A stretch of 63,450 bases of DNA, filler included, from Octopus bimaculoides (taxonomy: Eukaryota), in NCBI RefSeq assembly GCF_001194135.2. It is 4 parts of 4 records of this genome, joined end to end, with 100 filler letters (N's around TTAATTAATTAA, not from the genome) between each part and the next. Parts side by side here need not be neighbours in the genome. Positions count along the whole stretch, not along the records: positions 1 to 6,969 come from NC_068982.1; positions 7,070 to 17,972 come from NC_068984.1; 2 more parts are not named here. One strand, written 5' to 3'. Below the pieces are notes generated by a model, which was not told the DNA's origin, searched no databases, and saw only the letters and a program-made list of their open reading frames with translations. The stretch's first letter is position 1. Each line of letters starts with the position of its first letter. Positions 1-14,695 of the stretch are shown here, in pieces. Position numbers and translations under genes: made by a program.

Positions 1-54
1 ATATATATATATATACACGTACACTCACACATACACACACACAAACACACACAT
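1..54. repeat. (AT)n/(AC)n microsatellite
   Basis: Direct dinucleotide repeats at the window start. Confidence 0.9.
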
Positions 55-954
55 TCACAGCCCCTTCTGCCAGTTAAATCTATACCAATGTATAGTGTGC
101 GTGTGTTTTGCTGTATTCCATAATACAGCTTTACAAACACATACACACTCGCCCGCACCACCACCCCATCCCTACATACACTCACGCCTACTAATATTAC
201 TTTACACATTCAAGCTATTTATACATATACTTCCTCACTCTCATAATTTCTGTCTCTCTTCCTCTCCCTTTTCCCCTCTCTCTCTCTCACAATATATTTT
301 TATAAAGTTTGTTTTAATTCATATTCCTAAGCATACTCTCAAATCTCCTTTAATATATTGGAACTTGAAATAAATCAATCTCGTTAACAAATTCATACAT
401 CGTAAAATATTTGCACGAATAATTTGAACAATGATTTATATGTTATAAATACGTCGACAAATATCATAAATTAGTATTGGTAGGTAAAAAAATGTTTGTT
501 ATATTTCGTTACAACCATAATGTATTGAAGCAAAGGATATAAACCAGGCTTAAGTGTGTTATATAATATCATTATTCCGGAATGTAAAAATACTGAAGTT
601 ATTATAGTAAAATGGATTTTGGGTTTAAGTAGTGAGTTACATCCTAATTTGTTCTCACTGCTTACATTTTAGTCACTTGATGTTGAAATAAATGTTGGCT
701 ACAATAATAATGCTCAATATATGTATAGTGAGGTACATACAATTACCTGAATTGTATATACATAATTATCCTTCAGCAGTTCTCAGACTTAGTTGTGTGT
801 TTCTGATTTTCTTAATGACAGAACAGTGGATTACAACTACATACATCCGTATATACATATACAGACACACGCACAAACATGCACACACAAATACACTCAC
901 ACATGCGCGCACGCACACACGCATACGTTCTGTATTGAATACTGTGATTTAGTT

Positions 955-1236
955 TTATTACCTCCGCCTTCGCTGAGGCAAAGATATTCTTTGCAGTCGT
1001 GTTTGTTTGTTTGTTTGTTCGTGGACAAGATATCTCAAGAACGGCTGGATGGATTCAGAAGAAACTTCAGGGATGTTTGGCCTCGTGACTGGGACAAACT
1101 GATTAGATTTTGGGATCCGGTACCGGAAAAGTATTCTGGATTATTTCACATATTCTCATTTTAAAAACCATCTCTGGCTAATCATTGAGAGGACGTTGGT
1201 GTTGCCTTGGCAGAGGTTTGCACTCTCTGGGTGCTC
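955..1236 (+). mobile_element. Non-autonomous Helentron-type element (HINE/DINE-1-like)
   Basis: 5' TTATTACCTCCGCC, internal (GTTT)n, 3' subterminal inverted repeat GGCAGAGGT (1209-1217) matching ACCTCCGCC (960-968), then a 3' hairpin GCACTC-TCT-GGGTGC (1220-1234). Confidence 0.7.
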
Positions 1237-1909
1237 ATGGTATATATATTATGAAAATTAAAGGTGTTGACACTCTGTCTCCTCCCACTCTGTATTCCTC
1301 CCTCCCTCTGTCTCCCCCTCTTCGGATATATATATATTTATGTGTGTGTATGTCTGTGTGTAAATCTATATATAAATGTATATATNNNNNNNNNNNNNNN
1401 NNNNNNNNNNNNNNNNNNNNNNNNNNNNNNNNNNNNNNNNNNNNNNNNNNNNNNNNNNNNNNNNNNNNNNNNNNNNNNNNNNNNNNNNNNNNNNNNNNNN
1501 NNNNNNNNNNNNNNNNNNNNNNNNNNNNNNNNNNNNNNNNNNNNNNNNNNNNNNNNNNNNNNNNNNNNNNNNNNNNNNNNNNNNNNNNNNNNNNNNNNNN
1601 NNNNNNNNNNNNNNNNNNNNNNNNNNNNNNNNNNNNNNNNNNNNNNNNNNNNNNNNNNNNNNNNNNNNNNNNNNNNNNNNNNNNNNNNNNNNNNNNNNNN
1701 NNNNNNNNNNNNNNNNNNNNNNNNNNNNNNNNNNNNNNNNNNNNNNNNNNNNNNNNNNNNNNNNNNNNNNNNNNNNNNNNNNNNNNNNNNNNNNNNNNNN
1801 NNNNNNNNNNNNNNNNNNNNNNNNNNNNNNNNNNNNNNNNNNNNNNNNNNNNNNNNNNNNNNNNNNNNNNNNNNNNNATATATATATATATATATATATA
1901 TATACGCAC

Positions 1910-2635
1910 ACGAGGAGGTACCCAAAAGTGACTGGAAACTTCTCTATCACTCTCTAGTTCAAGCTTCCTCTCCCAGAAGTCACTTGATGCGACACTCAAG
2001 CATCCGTTTGCCGACCGGAGAAGTAGAGTGGCTATCGAGTTAATGGAAGCATTCATTGTCACCACGCCCCAAAATAGTGTGTCGAGTGAAGTCCAATGTC
2101 AAAACGAAGCTGATTTATTTAATCGATGCGAAAGAAATTATTCACACAGTATTTGTTCCTCTTGTTCAAACTATTAACCAAACATTTTATTTAGTATTTC
2201 TGAAGCGTTTGTGAGATACGGTGAGACGAAAACACCCTGGCCATTGGCAAAGTGAAGAATGATGGGTTCATAACGACAATACACCTTCGCCCATCACCTT
2301 CACTGTGAGACCAAAAATGGCCTGAGCCCGTTTATCTAGCCTCCCCATTCACCTTATATTGTTCCCTGAAATTGGTTTTTGTCCCTCCCCGCCTCAATGT
2401 AAAAAGTCCTTAAAGGAAAACGTTTTGCAGATGTGGAAAAGGTGAAGAAAACGACAGAGGCGTTAAAAGGCATCACTTTACAAGAGTTCTAGGACTGCTT
2501 CAAACAGTGGAAAAGGTGTCTGGACCGATGCTTCAAATGGAGAATACTTTGAAGGTGATAAAAGTGTAAACATATAAATATAAGTGAATAAAATGATATT
2601 ACAAAATTCCGGTTTATTTTGGGTGCCCCCTCGTA
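1910..2635 (+). mobile_element. Internally deleted mariner transposon
   Basis: TIRs ACGAGGAGGTACCCAAAA and TTTTGGGTGCCCCCTCGT(A). Decayed transposase motifs VKSNVKTKLI, VHNDNTP and KGKRFADVEKVKKTTEALKG..F..WKRCLDRC..NGEYFEGDKS. Confidence 0.85.
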
Positions 2636-3271
2636 TATGAACCATAATAAAATTAGCTCCCCCATTCATTGTTGGATTGTTTATAAATATAAACAAATTT
2701 TAATTCGAAATAAGCAATAAATTATATTTTATGATCCATAATGTTTAGAATTGTATTATGTCTTTAAAAAAATTTGTGAGAAACGTTAACTAGCGCAGCG
2801 TTCCAGTAGATACTGTCTATTAATTTTCATTGGAGACAAATAAGAGTGAACGTGTGTGTCAATCTATGTGAGAAAGAAATCTCGGAGAGACACAAAGACA
2901 GAGTTGAGGAAATAGTTGAAGAAAGAGAGGTATATTAAAGAGAACTTACAGGGGTGAGAATTACTTTTATGCTCTAACGGCGTCACATCCTTCACGAAAC
3001 ACCCCGCCCCCAACAACAAATCTTTTAGACCTAGCGGTTTCCCCCCCACGATCTACTTACTTGAATTCTCCCAATTTTTCCGAGGAAATTACAGTCCCTG
3101 GATTTTTATTCAGTAATAAGTGTAGGATGGTTTTGGAATTCTGAGCAGATTTGGGAAAAGACTTATTAAAACCGACGACGTTTCAGTAAGAATAATGAGT
3201 TACAACGTTATGTGAGTGCGTATGGTTATACNNNNNNNNNNTCCACTCCATACGCGCGTGCACGCACACAC

Positions 3272-3318
<47 letters not shown>

Positions 3319-6261
3319 TGTATATCGTTAGGCATGTAAAGAGACAAACAGATAGACCGATACATATGCACATTGTTGTATAGACACATATATATGAATG
3401 CTTTTGTATGCAGCTTTATGTTTTCATAGACCGAAAAACAATAAAATGTGTGTAAGTAGGTATTAAATATCTATTAAAATAATTGGTCGAGATATTAAAT
3501 CTAAACTTTTATTATCGGAAAGTCTCATTTTTATGTAAGTTATGGTTTGTAGGCCTTTCATATGAAGAGACGAATAGAGATATCGTCTTACTATAAACTC
3601 TAAGAAACAAAGTTAAGGCTGACAAACCAATAAACCAACGAATTAGAACTTGAATTACAATTTCTCTCAATACAATAATTTTTAATGACTGGCAATATAA
3701 TATTATAATTATATCTCATAATACATAGAATTTTGAAGAACTTAATGTTTTCATGTAATATACAGCTAGAATATTTTCAGTCTCTTTCTCAAAAATACGA
3801 GAACATTAATATGTTTGTAACTAACTTTTATTACTTCGGGAAAATTTGTAAATTTATTAGTGTACATTTTTGCATATATTAATTTTGTTTATGTCTAGGA
3901 AACGATAATGTATTTCGTATTTTCCGTCAACATTCTACAATACCTGAGAGATAAGCTCTTCAAAATTTTCTTTGCCTCGATGACTGGGGATAAATCTCTT
4001 TAAACATTACATATAAAGTCTGAAGCAATATTAATAGATGTGTAATTTACTATCTACTAATATAAATTTTACTTTACCCGAGTAAATTTAAATAAATGAC
4101 TGATCATATAATACAATAATTTTGTTATTTAATTAATTGATGACGTGATATAACCATTAGGTGTAAAGGCTTCCTCATATTGCATGTCATTATATTTAGT
4201 ATTTCATTGCTCCAATAAATCACACAACATTCAAATGGAGTAAAGTACCGTCGCTTAGAATACAGGGATACAACATACTATTTACATTTAGCATTTTTGT
4301 TGGGTCTGTTCTTATATTAAATCCTATGCAAAAATACATACACTTTAGAATACCACCTTTAAAATGAGAAAGCGATATTGAATAATGTAATTCTCCATAA
4401 GTCAAATACGTAAGTGGTGTAATCTTATAGTCCTATGTCTGAGCGACCAGGGTGAACTTGGGGCTATACATCAGCTGAGAAAGAGGAGAAGAAAGAGACA
4501 TGGAATGAAAGAGTGAATGAGTGGGCTAGATTTAAAGTCAGACATATTGAGTGATATAGAAGTTAAATTTGAAATGTGCATTGTAAAATTATATAATATA
4601 AAATAATTTTTCATAACTTAGAAATATTGCTGTTTTGTTTCTTCAAATTTGTGTAAAACAATATGAATATTACACTCCTTAATGCTTAACACACTTTTGA
4701 CGTTGCAATTTACTTTGAGATACACATTTCCATAACTAATTCACATTCAAAACTCCAATAAATTAATGTGTGACAAAGAAATATTAATATATAGAGCCAC
4801 ACGTATTTGATGCAGAAGTAATTGTATTGACTGGATGAATGCAATGCGTATAATGAATTTAGAACATAGTGTATTTCTTATGTATTTATTGAAATACCAC
4901 TGGGGAAGCTCTTACACTGTCTATTAACCTGATGGTGTTGAAACAGTTCATCAGTTATGGAAACTTTACTGAAATATCACTATTCCACATGTCTTTGAAT
5001 ACTGCCTCACGTCGTATGACAGACAAATTGATGGCCTGTTCATAGAAACAATCAAAATTCAAATCTCTATTCAACAATTTCTTTATATTTATCGAAAACA
5101 ATTATTACGAATGAAATGCCTATATTTTGAAATGAGTTATGTTGAAGATATAAGTTTTAAAAGCACTATTTTGCATTTATATATGCTGTGGCTACTAATG
5201 ATATTGATAACTAGATGCTATATTGTTCTAAGTGGTTGTTGTACCTATGTTGCAACTGCTAGTATTATTTCGACCCACGTCATCCCAGTTCATTCACACA
5301 TATCCTCAAATATATTGAAACCCTCACCTTCTCACTGTTATTGTCTCATTTCTTAGCTGTAGTTTTAAGGAAGTAAATTTAACGTGTGACCATGTATAAA
5401 AATGGGTTTTCATTTGAGTGAGATGATCTATTCATTGTATATGCGCGTTGAGTAGAGTTCTACATTGTTATTTCATGCGAAGTCCATCTCACTTGTATTC
5501 ACTATGACTAAATCAAAACTAAAACGTGAATGGTCATTTTTGTATCATTGAAAATTGAAGTCGGCTAAGGTAGAATTAGAAATCCTTCGGCAAAATAAGG
5601 GCGGCAATAATTATGACAAATCCTAAATGCAATTTGACGTGATCGCGGGCGTTGTTTAAAAGATACGATTTTTCATTGCTCCGTTTACTTTTTAGGGGAA
5701 AAAATATTACATAAAAATATAAAGAATATATACATGTGCAAGAGGGTGTTTGTATGAGTAAAAATACACGTTGTATAGGTTGCCGTTCTAATATTACGAT
5801 GCCGTTTGGTTATTATTGGAAGGCTAAATTAGACAAAAGATCGTGGATTGCTTTCCGTTGTCACCGCACTAATATGCGCAGAAGTTCGCATAGATACATC
5901 ACGAACTACCAAGAGAAAAAAGAGAAGCAATGGACGCATTCTTTTAGACATGCCACCAAACACGCTTCCAATCCACAGAATATAATGTTTTCAACCGGTG
6001 ACCTTTTTCCCTGATCAATCCATAAGCTTCTATTATCCTCTATTCCTGAAAAATGCTATAGGTTCCTCCATTCCAGCTAGAATCAGGATGAGCGAACTAT
6101 CACGCAAAACTTCAGTAGGCTGTTAATATGCCACAGAATAAATACATGCATGTATAATATTTCAGGGTTAGGAGCCATTCTTCAGAAAACTTACGTAGAA
6201 ATAGACGCTGGTTGCTGATTTTTCTGCATCGTTGTGTGTGTGTGTGCACGAACGCACGCAC

Positions 6262-6336
<75 letters not shown>

Positions 6337-6339
6337 GAT

Positions 6340-6487
6340 GTGAAGGCACGTGGCTTAGTGATTAGGGCATTCAGCACACGATCGTAAAGTCGAGAGTTCA
6401 ATTCCCGGCAACGCGCTTGCCCTTCAGCAAGCAATTCCGTTGATCGTATCAGCTGAAACCCTCGTCGTCCTAACCGACGGAGTGCTC
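6340..6487 (+). mobile_element. tRNA-derived SINE (family B), internally deleted
   Basis: A box TGGCTTAGTGA and B box GAGTTCAATTCC. Lies between (AT)n tracts. Related to 36360-36625. Confidence 0.7.
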
Positions 6488-6669
6488 TCATATATATATA
6501 TATATGAGGGGTATTGGTATCCAGAAGACCCAAGGTGACAAGTAAAACTATGTGAGTGCGTGAGTCCTATAGAAAGACCGTAGTTAAACTCTCGCTTCTA
6601 TAATAATACGAGTGAGAAGTATAATGCGGGTCTTTATTTAACATATGTGTGTGTGTGTGTCTATGTGTC

Positions 6670-6737
<68 letters not shown>

Positions 6738-6969
6738 AGGAGTTACGACGCAAAAACGTATAAATTCAAAAGAACATATTTATCATCTTCAATATATATT
6801 TCAGTATAAAGAATTCATTAAGATGCTTAAATCAAAATTTCTTTACACATCATTCAGGAACAGATATAACATCAGAAAAAATACATTCCGTTTAAAAACA
6901 CAAACCGTTCATGGCGAAAAAATTTCACAATTACAAAAAATGAACAAAAAGGAATATAGTGTATCAGTG

Positions 6970-7069
6970 NNNNNNNNNNNNNNNNNNNNNNNNNNNNNNN
7001 NNNNNNNNNNNNNTTAATTAATTAANNNNNNNNNNNNNNNNNNNNNNNNNNNNNNNNNNNNNNNNNNNN
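6970..7069. other. Artificial 100-bp scaffold spacer (44 N + TTAATTAATTAA + 44 N)
   Basis: Six-frame stop 12-mer at 7014-7025 between two 44-N runs. The same construct occurs three times in the window. Confidence 0.95.
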
Positions 7070-8311
7070 TATATATATATATATCACTGAAAATCATGCA
7101 CGGTGTGCAAAAAGCTGGATGATGTTTTATGTTGATATATATGTGATATATATTACCAAATTTGTTATCTTCCCATTTTCGATCACAAATGCAGTCTATG
7201 TCTTCTGTCAGGATTTGGTTGTATGGTAAACACACTGCAAGATCTCTGCGCATAAACATAGTAGGTGACATTTTGATAACTTACTGAAATATCTTCATAG
7301 CATTGAAATACTTGTAATTAAAATACAATCTGAACGCAAAACAAAAATGAGGAAAAAAATCAATTAAAAACCCTATATCTTGTTGGATGGTTATAACAGT
7401 AAGATAAAATGATAGGAAACAGAGATGTTGTGGCTGGTTTTTCGGAAACGTTTCCGTGACAAGAACTTTCGAAGGGATTTATGAGTTATCTCATTATATA
7501 GTTAGCATCAACTTCCTTAATAATAAGAAATCTTTCATTACTAATTATTTTTCTTATCAAAGTAATGAAAATGATCATGTGAAATGTTTCTTTGCACTTG
7601 GTATTCGGAAATGCTACACAGTCTGAAGTACTTAATCTCAAGATTCTATCACCGTAATTCGAATTCTTCTGTATTAAATAATATAAGTCTGTGCATAATT
7701 ACATTTTTTCTAACATTATAGCAAAAAGGTACTGTTTCTTTCATTAATTTGTTATATCAGTTTCTAAGAATTTATTTCTTGAAATATTTTTTGTTTTTGA
7801 TTGAACAAAAGAGAGCATACATTATGTATAACAATAGGTAGAATTATTTAAAGATACAATCACAATAGCGTAGGAAACATGTGATGAGTTACTAAACCCA
7901 TTAAAGTGATATCGGGAAAGATTTAAAGAGATGAAGAGAATGCAAAATTTAAACACTATGCTATTTTATGAAATTATTCGCAATGAAAAAAACCTTATGT
8001 CTGGTTATATAGACAATTTTTCTCTATTCAATATGCATTGAAGTTCCTAAATAATTATATGCGTAAAATTTGGTGTTTTATTACGGTAACGGAATGAATT
8101 CATTCGTCACTTGACTACAAAATTAGTGTTTCTATTCTCACGTCAAATACATCTGTGTCTACTAATCTGTAATCTGTTTCTACTTAATGAAAACAAGATA
8201 TACTCCCTTAGTTAAAACACTGGTATATANNNNNNNNNNNNNNNNNNNNNNNNNNNNNNNNNNNNNNNNNNNNNNNNNNNNNNNNNNNNNNNNNNNNNNN
8301 NNNNNNNNNNN

Positions 8312-8350
<39 letters not shown>

Positions 8351-9409
8351 GCACATGTTGTTATATGAGCGCTGGTGGAGGGAGAGGGTGATAAATAGAT
8401 AGCGCGATATATGTGTGTGTATTTGTGTGTGTTATGTCACTTTAACAAAGTACAGTATAGGTGTTTACATCCCCTACTTGAGGTAACAGCCATATTCTAG
8501 TTAAATCACACGTCCCTAATTGATGGTAATTGAAATGAAAATAATTTGCACTGTGATATTTTAAACAAGAAATGGAGAAGACGGAAAGTTTACGATCTAA
8601 TTACCTTTCTCCGCTTGAGGATTAAGTTAGGGCTGATTTGTGATTAAACATCAACAATGAGAGTGCAAACGAGCTTCTACGCACCAATCCCTCACTACAT
8701 ATTAGCTACCTTTCCATTGAGTCACATCTTAAAGCAGGGAACATATTGAACGATATAGTAACAGATACAAAATATGACGCAGCAGACGTAGCAAAAAATT
8801 TTCACCATATCGCGTATTATCATAGGAAAAGGAGACTATAATTTCTCTTTTGATAATATACATTATATTTTATAAATAAGAGGCCGGCTCTAGAAAGGAA
8901 AGTTATATTTCCCAATTGATTTGCATTCGAATTTCCATGACAAAAGGACATGTCTAAATGCAGCTTGGCAGTTCATTCAACATTTTTTGTGATGTTCTAT
9001 ACTGTCTGCTTAGCACTAGATACTGTTGATTTTCTGTTACATGTGATGTAGCCGTGTTTTGTTGCAGACATATATTGAATATAAAATAGGTGTGATGACC
9101 TACATGCAACATGAAAAGAAATTCTTGTATAATTCAACTTCCCTCCTCCTGTTGTCGGAGAAAGTGAACAAACTCCAGCAACACTTTCGAGGGGAGATAA
9201 TTGTAAGAAATGAAGAATTAATATCTGAAATTAATTTAGTTGCTTAGGGAAAATATACTATGACTCTTGAATGTAACGATTAAGTTACGATATAAAAAAA
9301 CGATATCTAAAAACAAAAACAAAAGAAAAATACACTTGATAAAAGCCTATGACTATTTCCATCTCAAATGAAAGGAGAGACGTTTTTATATGATTTAATT
9401 TTGACTCTG

Positions 9410-9775
9410 TGGTAAAAAGTTTAATTCCCAACCACATTGTCTCCGTTTCAGTCTCACTGCGTCGCACTTGGGTAGCTTCTACTATAGCATCGGGTTGGCC
9501 AAACTCTTGTGAATGGATTTGGTTGACAGAAACGGAAAGAATCTCGTCATATACACATATATGCATACATAAATGTGTGTGTTGCGTACGCGCATTTGTG
9601 TTTGACAGCCGGTGTAGGTTTGTTTACGTCCCACGAAAAATAGCACTGATAGGATAAGTATTAGGCTTAAAAAGGTAAATACTCAGTTCAATTACATTGA
9701 CTTAAACCCTCTGAGACGTTGCTCCCGCATGGCTTCAGTCTAATGATTGAAACAAATAAGAGATAGAAGATAATA
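9410..9775 (+). mobile_element. Old copy of octopus tRNA-SINE family A
   Basis: Degenerate match to 53022-53435: CAACCACAT, CTACTATAGC, GAATGGATTTGG, GTTTACGTCCC, GCATGGC, AATGATTGAAACAA. Confidence 0.65.
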
Positions 9776-12700
9776 TATGAATGTATGTACAAGAGTAGAG
9801 AAAAGGCTATTCTGAATTTTGCTTATTAAGCATATAGAAGATATTTGTATCTCTTTACTATCGCGAGATTACCAAATATAATGTTATAACACTGAGAGTT
9901 GCAGAGTGCATGTAGTTGAGGAAAAAATTGATATACAACAATTTCTGTGTTTTCTACGCTGTCACTATCTCGTCGTTATTTTTAGCCAAGATTGTATGCC
10001 GATATTTTAAATTTATTCGGTATATTACTGGTATATGACTCATTGACTCATTCTGAGCAGATAAATAAATAACAAGTTTCACCTGGGCAAAATTAAGCTG
10101 ACAATAGTAAATGGTGCAAAACAGTAAGCTGCATTAGAACCGCGCTGTAAATTCTAAGCTAGCAAAACTAGTAGAAAAATTTTCTGTAATAAATATTGCG
10201 TTCTTTTCATTTTAAAATACTCTCTTTTGTTTGTTGTTAACAATAAAAGTCAATCGAATTGACCTCAATGCACTGGAGATATTTATTTCATCGTCTACAG
10301 AGGTATAAAAGATAAAATCAATACCTTCAGAATTGAAGCCCAAAATATAGAGGAAAACTAAATGTTGCATCGCATTTAATCCAGCGCTCTGATTTCTGAA
10401 ATAACACTACCGCTTTCATCTATCTAATGAATATTAAAATTTGTCCGGAATCTTTGAGACATGTAAATGTAATAAAAACTGCTTTAAGCATAGGTGCCAG
10501 CGAATGACATCAATTGAACATATCCCCAACATCGTTAGATGGATAGATAACAATGAGGTTATTATTGACACATTTTAATTTCAATGCTGCATAGAAAACT
10601 CAAGTAGTTTATAGTCACGATAAAGAAATTACCAATTTTCACTTTAAGTCTGTAAAAGGAAATGTTTCATAAAAGAATACCGATTTTTCCCTAAAGAAAG
10701 TACAGGTGACATTTATGTAAAACTGACTTGAAGTGTCTGAATATGAATAGTTGGCAAATTATATCTTATGATGTCTTACAGCTCAATATAGTTCTGCAGG
10801 CAAATTACTTGGAATCAAACAGATGACACTAAAACTTTGCTCCTTGGTGTCAAAGAAATCTGCTGTAATTGCTTTCGTTAACAGATGAATATTTAGTGCC
10901 GGCTTGCTTTTAGAATCCTGTTTCATTTATTTTTTTCAATATCTATGAATTATATCACGTATAACAATATTAAATAGATTATCGTCCACTTGGCTATACG
11001 AAATGGATAGTAAATATACGGAGGGAAAACTATTTCAAAGATTAATGTGAGTCAGAGTTGGCGGAGCCGATGAGTCTTTGGCCTACCGGAAGAAAGATCA
11101 AATTTTGTTACTTATCAATAGACTTCACTGTCACTATATCTAAGATTCTTTAATTGTTATAGACACAACACATCAACCTATTGGTGAGCATAATGTAGCA
11201 GTTTGAGTCACTGCATTAAATTAGTGGAGTAATAGTCAAAATACTTGGTGTTACTTTGATTTACAGTGTTCATAAGTGTAAAACGTGCTGTAAATTTTAC
11301 TGAACTTTGTTTAGATATTGGAGCTTTTCGTTTTTTCGCCATGCTCATGTGAATTTCCAAATCGCTAAATAATTGCTCCATTAATCAGAATGTTATTATT
11401 CAGTAAATTAACTTCCTTTTCTTTTTTTATTTTTGCTTATATCACTACATATTTTGCAGAAATAGAGGAAAACTAATCGAATGGAACAAACAACTTTTAC
11501 TACAGTACCTGTTTTGTAATAACAGTAACAGAATACAAAGTTGAGAACTATCCAACCCCAAATAAAAAAAAAAAGAAATGAGAAAAAACACAAACGAATT
11601 AACCATTCACTTTCCCATTACGCTAATCCATTTAGATAATAATTGTTTCTTTAATTGAGTGATTAATCAAATAATTGAATCGCCGACATCTGTTGATATG
11701 AATTAGGCAACGATGTATTTTGGTACTATTAAAAATGTTATGTTTAAAATTTGCTTTCAAAATTGCCTCTTTCTTTTTGTAAAATATGAAAAGAAAATTT
11801 AAATAAAATGGTTATTGAGAATTTTGCTGTAGAGTTTATTGTTTAATCTTTCTGTAAATGCATTAGTGACTTGTTTTTCCCAATCATTATTTGTTTAGAA
11901 CAGTACCTTTTGACATTGTAACATATGAGATATTGTGTAGTAATATATTATTTGTAATTATTGTAATGATATACATATAAATAGAATGTGACTTGTGTTG
12001 AATTAGATTCTAAATCAAACCACATCTAATAAACGTGTTACATTAAATTTTGTTCCTAAGTGCACTGCCCACAAAACGGAATATTAATCTGTTCTGACAT
12101 AAATGAAGTTAGCAGCTAATTTCTCAGAATAATTATGTAATTAATATTAAAAAAAACTCCCGTAGAATTTTTAAAATTAATATTGTCAATAAAAATATTC
12201 CGGTAGATTGCAGGTTCCCCTTGGTAATATTGCACTGGTGTTATTTATTTAAGAACAAGTAGATTGATGTAACCATGTTTGTGATAGGGTAAATAGATAT
12301 AGAGGGTTTTCAAACATGGCTCTTCAGTGACTGATTACACACCGACGCTGAAATCATTCTAATTTGGTTAGAAGAGATGAAAGAATGGTTTAATTTCTGC
12401 TTTTCATGCATAAGGTAGCAAATTTGACATCACTATGCGGCACATTAAACCAAGGTGGTCACTACCATTGCTTTACATTCATCTAGCCATTCGTCTAACG
12501 TAGTGAATTAGGGTAAATAAAATATTTTGAGAGCCAATTGTATGGAATGTATGTGCAAATTCAGAACCTGCCTGTCACTGGGTGTGTCATAGTTATACTG
12601 TTTAAGGATTAAGTCAAGTGTACACGTGTTTGTGGCATAATCTGACATTTCTATTATAAATTATCGATTTATATTTCTACTGCTCAAATACCTCGTATAA

Positions 12701-12784
12701 TCCTTATCAATATCATATCACCACCTTGCTGTTTCGGTCTACGAAAGATTTTACATACACACCCACACACACACACACACAGAA

Positions 12785-12819
<35 letters not shown>

Positions 12820-13359
12820 CACACAGACCTGTCTGTGTTTGTATGTACGTGTGAGTGATAGTGTGTGTGTGTGGATTTTATGAGCCAACAACAATGCCTT
12901 TACATTGTTATTCGATGATGTGCGAAAACAAAAAAATAAAAGAGAAACATTCCTTAAATTACAACGTGCCGTCAGCAAGAAGGAAATTCATCAGATAGTA
13001 TAGTTCTATTTATATTATGTCTGCAATAGTAAGTTACAATGACGATCGGCGTGAACATGTCTAGAACATTCGAAAGTGCTGACCTCCAGTTCAACATCAA
13101 GAACGACAGCGACAATAAAAATAACAAAGGGAACAACAACGCAGATAACGACGTTGACGACGACGATCGAGCCTGTTCATCAGATGATGTAGAACTATGA
13201 ATGAAAAGAAAAGAAATTTACAATATAGCTGAACACTAAACCATAGGTTCCACGTCGAACATCAGAGTTCTTTATGTCATTAGAATTAATTAGTGAAAGT
13301 TGGTATGTTACTGTACAACTATTTACATTCTACCGTATACGAAGTTCTATTGTATGCAG

Positions 13360-13965
13360 TTAGAGGTTTACTTCGAAACCACACTCTTCTGGTACTAGTA
13401 CCACTGTGTAATTCATTGCGCAAGTGTCTTCTACTATAGCCCCGGGTCGTCCAAAGCCTTGTCAATGGATTTGCTAAACGGGACCAGAAAGAAGGCCGTC
13501 GTACATATATATATATATATATATANNNNNNNNNNNNNNNNNNNNNNNNNNNNNNNNNNNNNNNNNNNNNNNNNNNNNNNNNNNNNNNNNNNNNNNNNNN
13601 NNNNNNNNNNNNNNNNNNNNNNNNNNNNNNNNNNNNNNNNNNNNNNNNNNNNNNNNNNNNNNNNNNNNNNNNNNNNNNNNNNNNNNNNNNNNNNNNNNNN
13701 NNNNNNNNNNNNNNNNNNNNNNNNNNNNNNNNNNNNNNNNNNNNNNNNNNNNNNTATATATTTGTATACATGTATGTATGTTTGAGTGTATGTGTGTGTG
13801 TATGTGTCTTTGAGTCTGTCTCCCCATAACTTAGCGGTTCAGCGAAAGAGTACGATAGAATAAGAGCCAGGCTTTAAAACAATGTATCGATTCCTTTGAG
13901 TAAAATTCTTCATGGCTGAACCGCAGCTCGTCAACAATCTAATGGCTGAAATAAGTATGAGATAA
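13360..13965 (+). mobile_element. SINE family A copy split by an (AT)n tract and gap
   Basis: GCAAGTGTCTTCTACTATAGCC...AAAGAAGGCCGTCGTA before the gap. TAACTTAGCGGTTCAGCGAAAGAG...GATAGAATAAG after it. Confidence 0.7.
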
Positions 13966-14660
13966 TGTGTCGAGGGATAAGAGTCTTTTTAATATTGTGA
14001 CTAATAATACATAGTGTCAATCGCCCATGAACGCACATCTTAACTTTTCTGTTAGCAAACATTATTAAGTATAAGCTTGTCAAGATGCACTGTGCCGATG
14101 AAAAACAATGCTTATAAAATGGAATACATTTGATGGGTGGTCTGCCTGTTCAGGAAGGAAATCTTATGAACTTACACAACAAAAACCACCTGCAGTTCAC
14201 ACTAGATGAAAATGTTTGTACAAAAGTGAGAGTTTATTTCAGCATTCTATCTATGTATGAAATTCTAATAAGATATAATAACAACGGAATATTATGACAA
14301 ACTTGCGGCAAGATTTAATTACAAAATGTAAGTTTATCATAATTAAATATATTGATATTGATTGTAAGTCTTGAATTACAAGATCGATACATACATAGTA
14401 ATGCGTACAAACAGGCATACATATATTTTCTATCAGTCAATCAGTCAGTCAATCAGGCTGTTTATCTATTTATCAATCTCTTTCTATCGGGCATATTAGC
14501 CCGATAAAATTTGTTTCATATTTACGTGTGGATGTTTGTGTGCGTGTATATGTGTGTCTGTGTCTGTGTATAAACTCATATCTATATCCATTTATCTAGT
14601 AATCTAACAATATCTTTGTCTTTATCAATCTCGTTATCTCTTTCTCTCTCTCTCTCTCTC

Positions 14661-14695
<35 letters not shown>

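Noticed and set aside
1185-2065. Long poly-X ORFs here and at 13319, 43478, 50449, 51661, 55802 and 61259
   Set aside because: They are open only because N gaps and (AT)n/(CA)n tracts contain no stops.
7014-7025. Palindromic TTAATTAATTAA islands inside N runs (also 18017 and 42397)
   Set aside because: The identical 44N-12-44N design is an artificial six-frame-stop scaffold spacer.
13039-13200. 53-aa Asp/Asn-rich ORF
   Set aside because: It is a degenerate AAC/GAC trinucleotide repeat.
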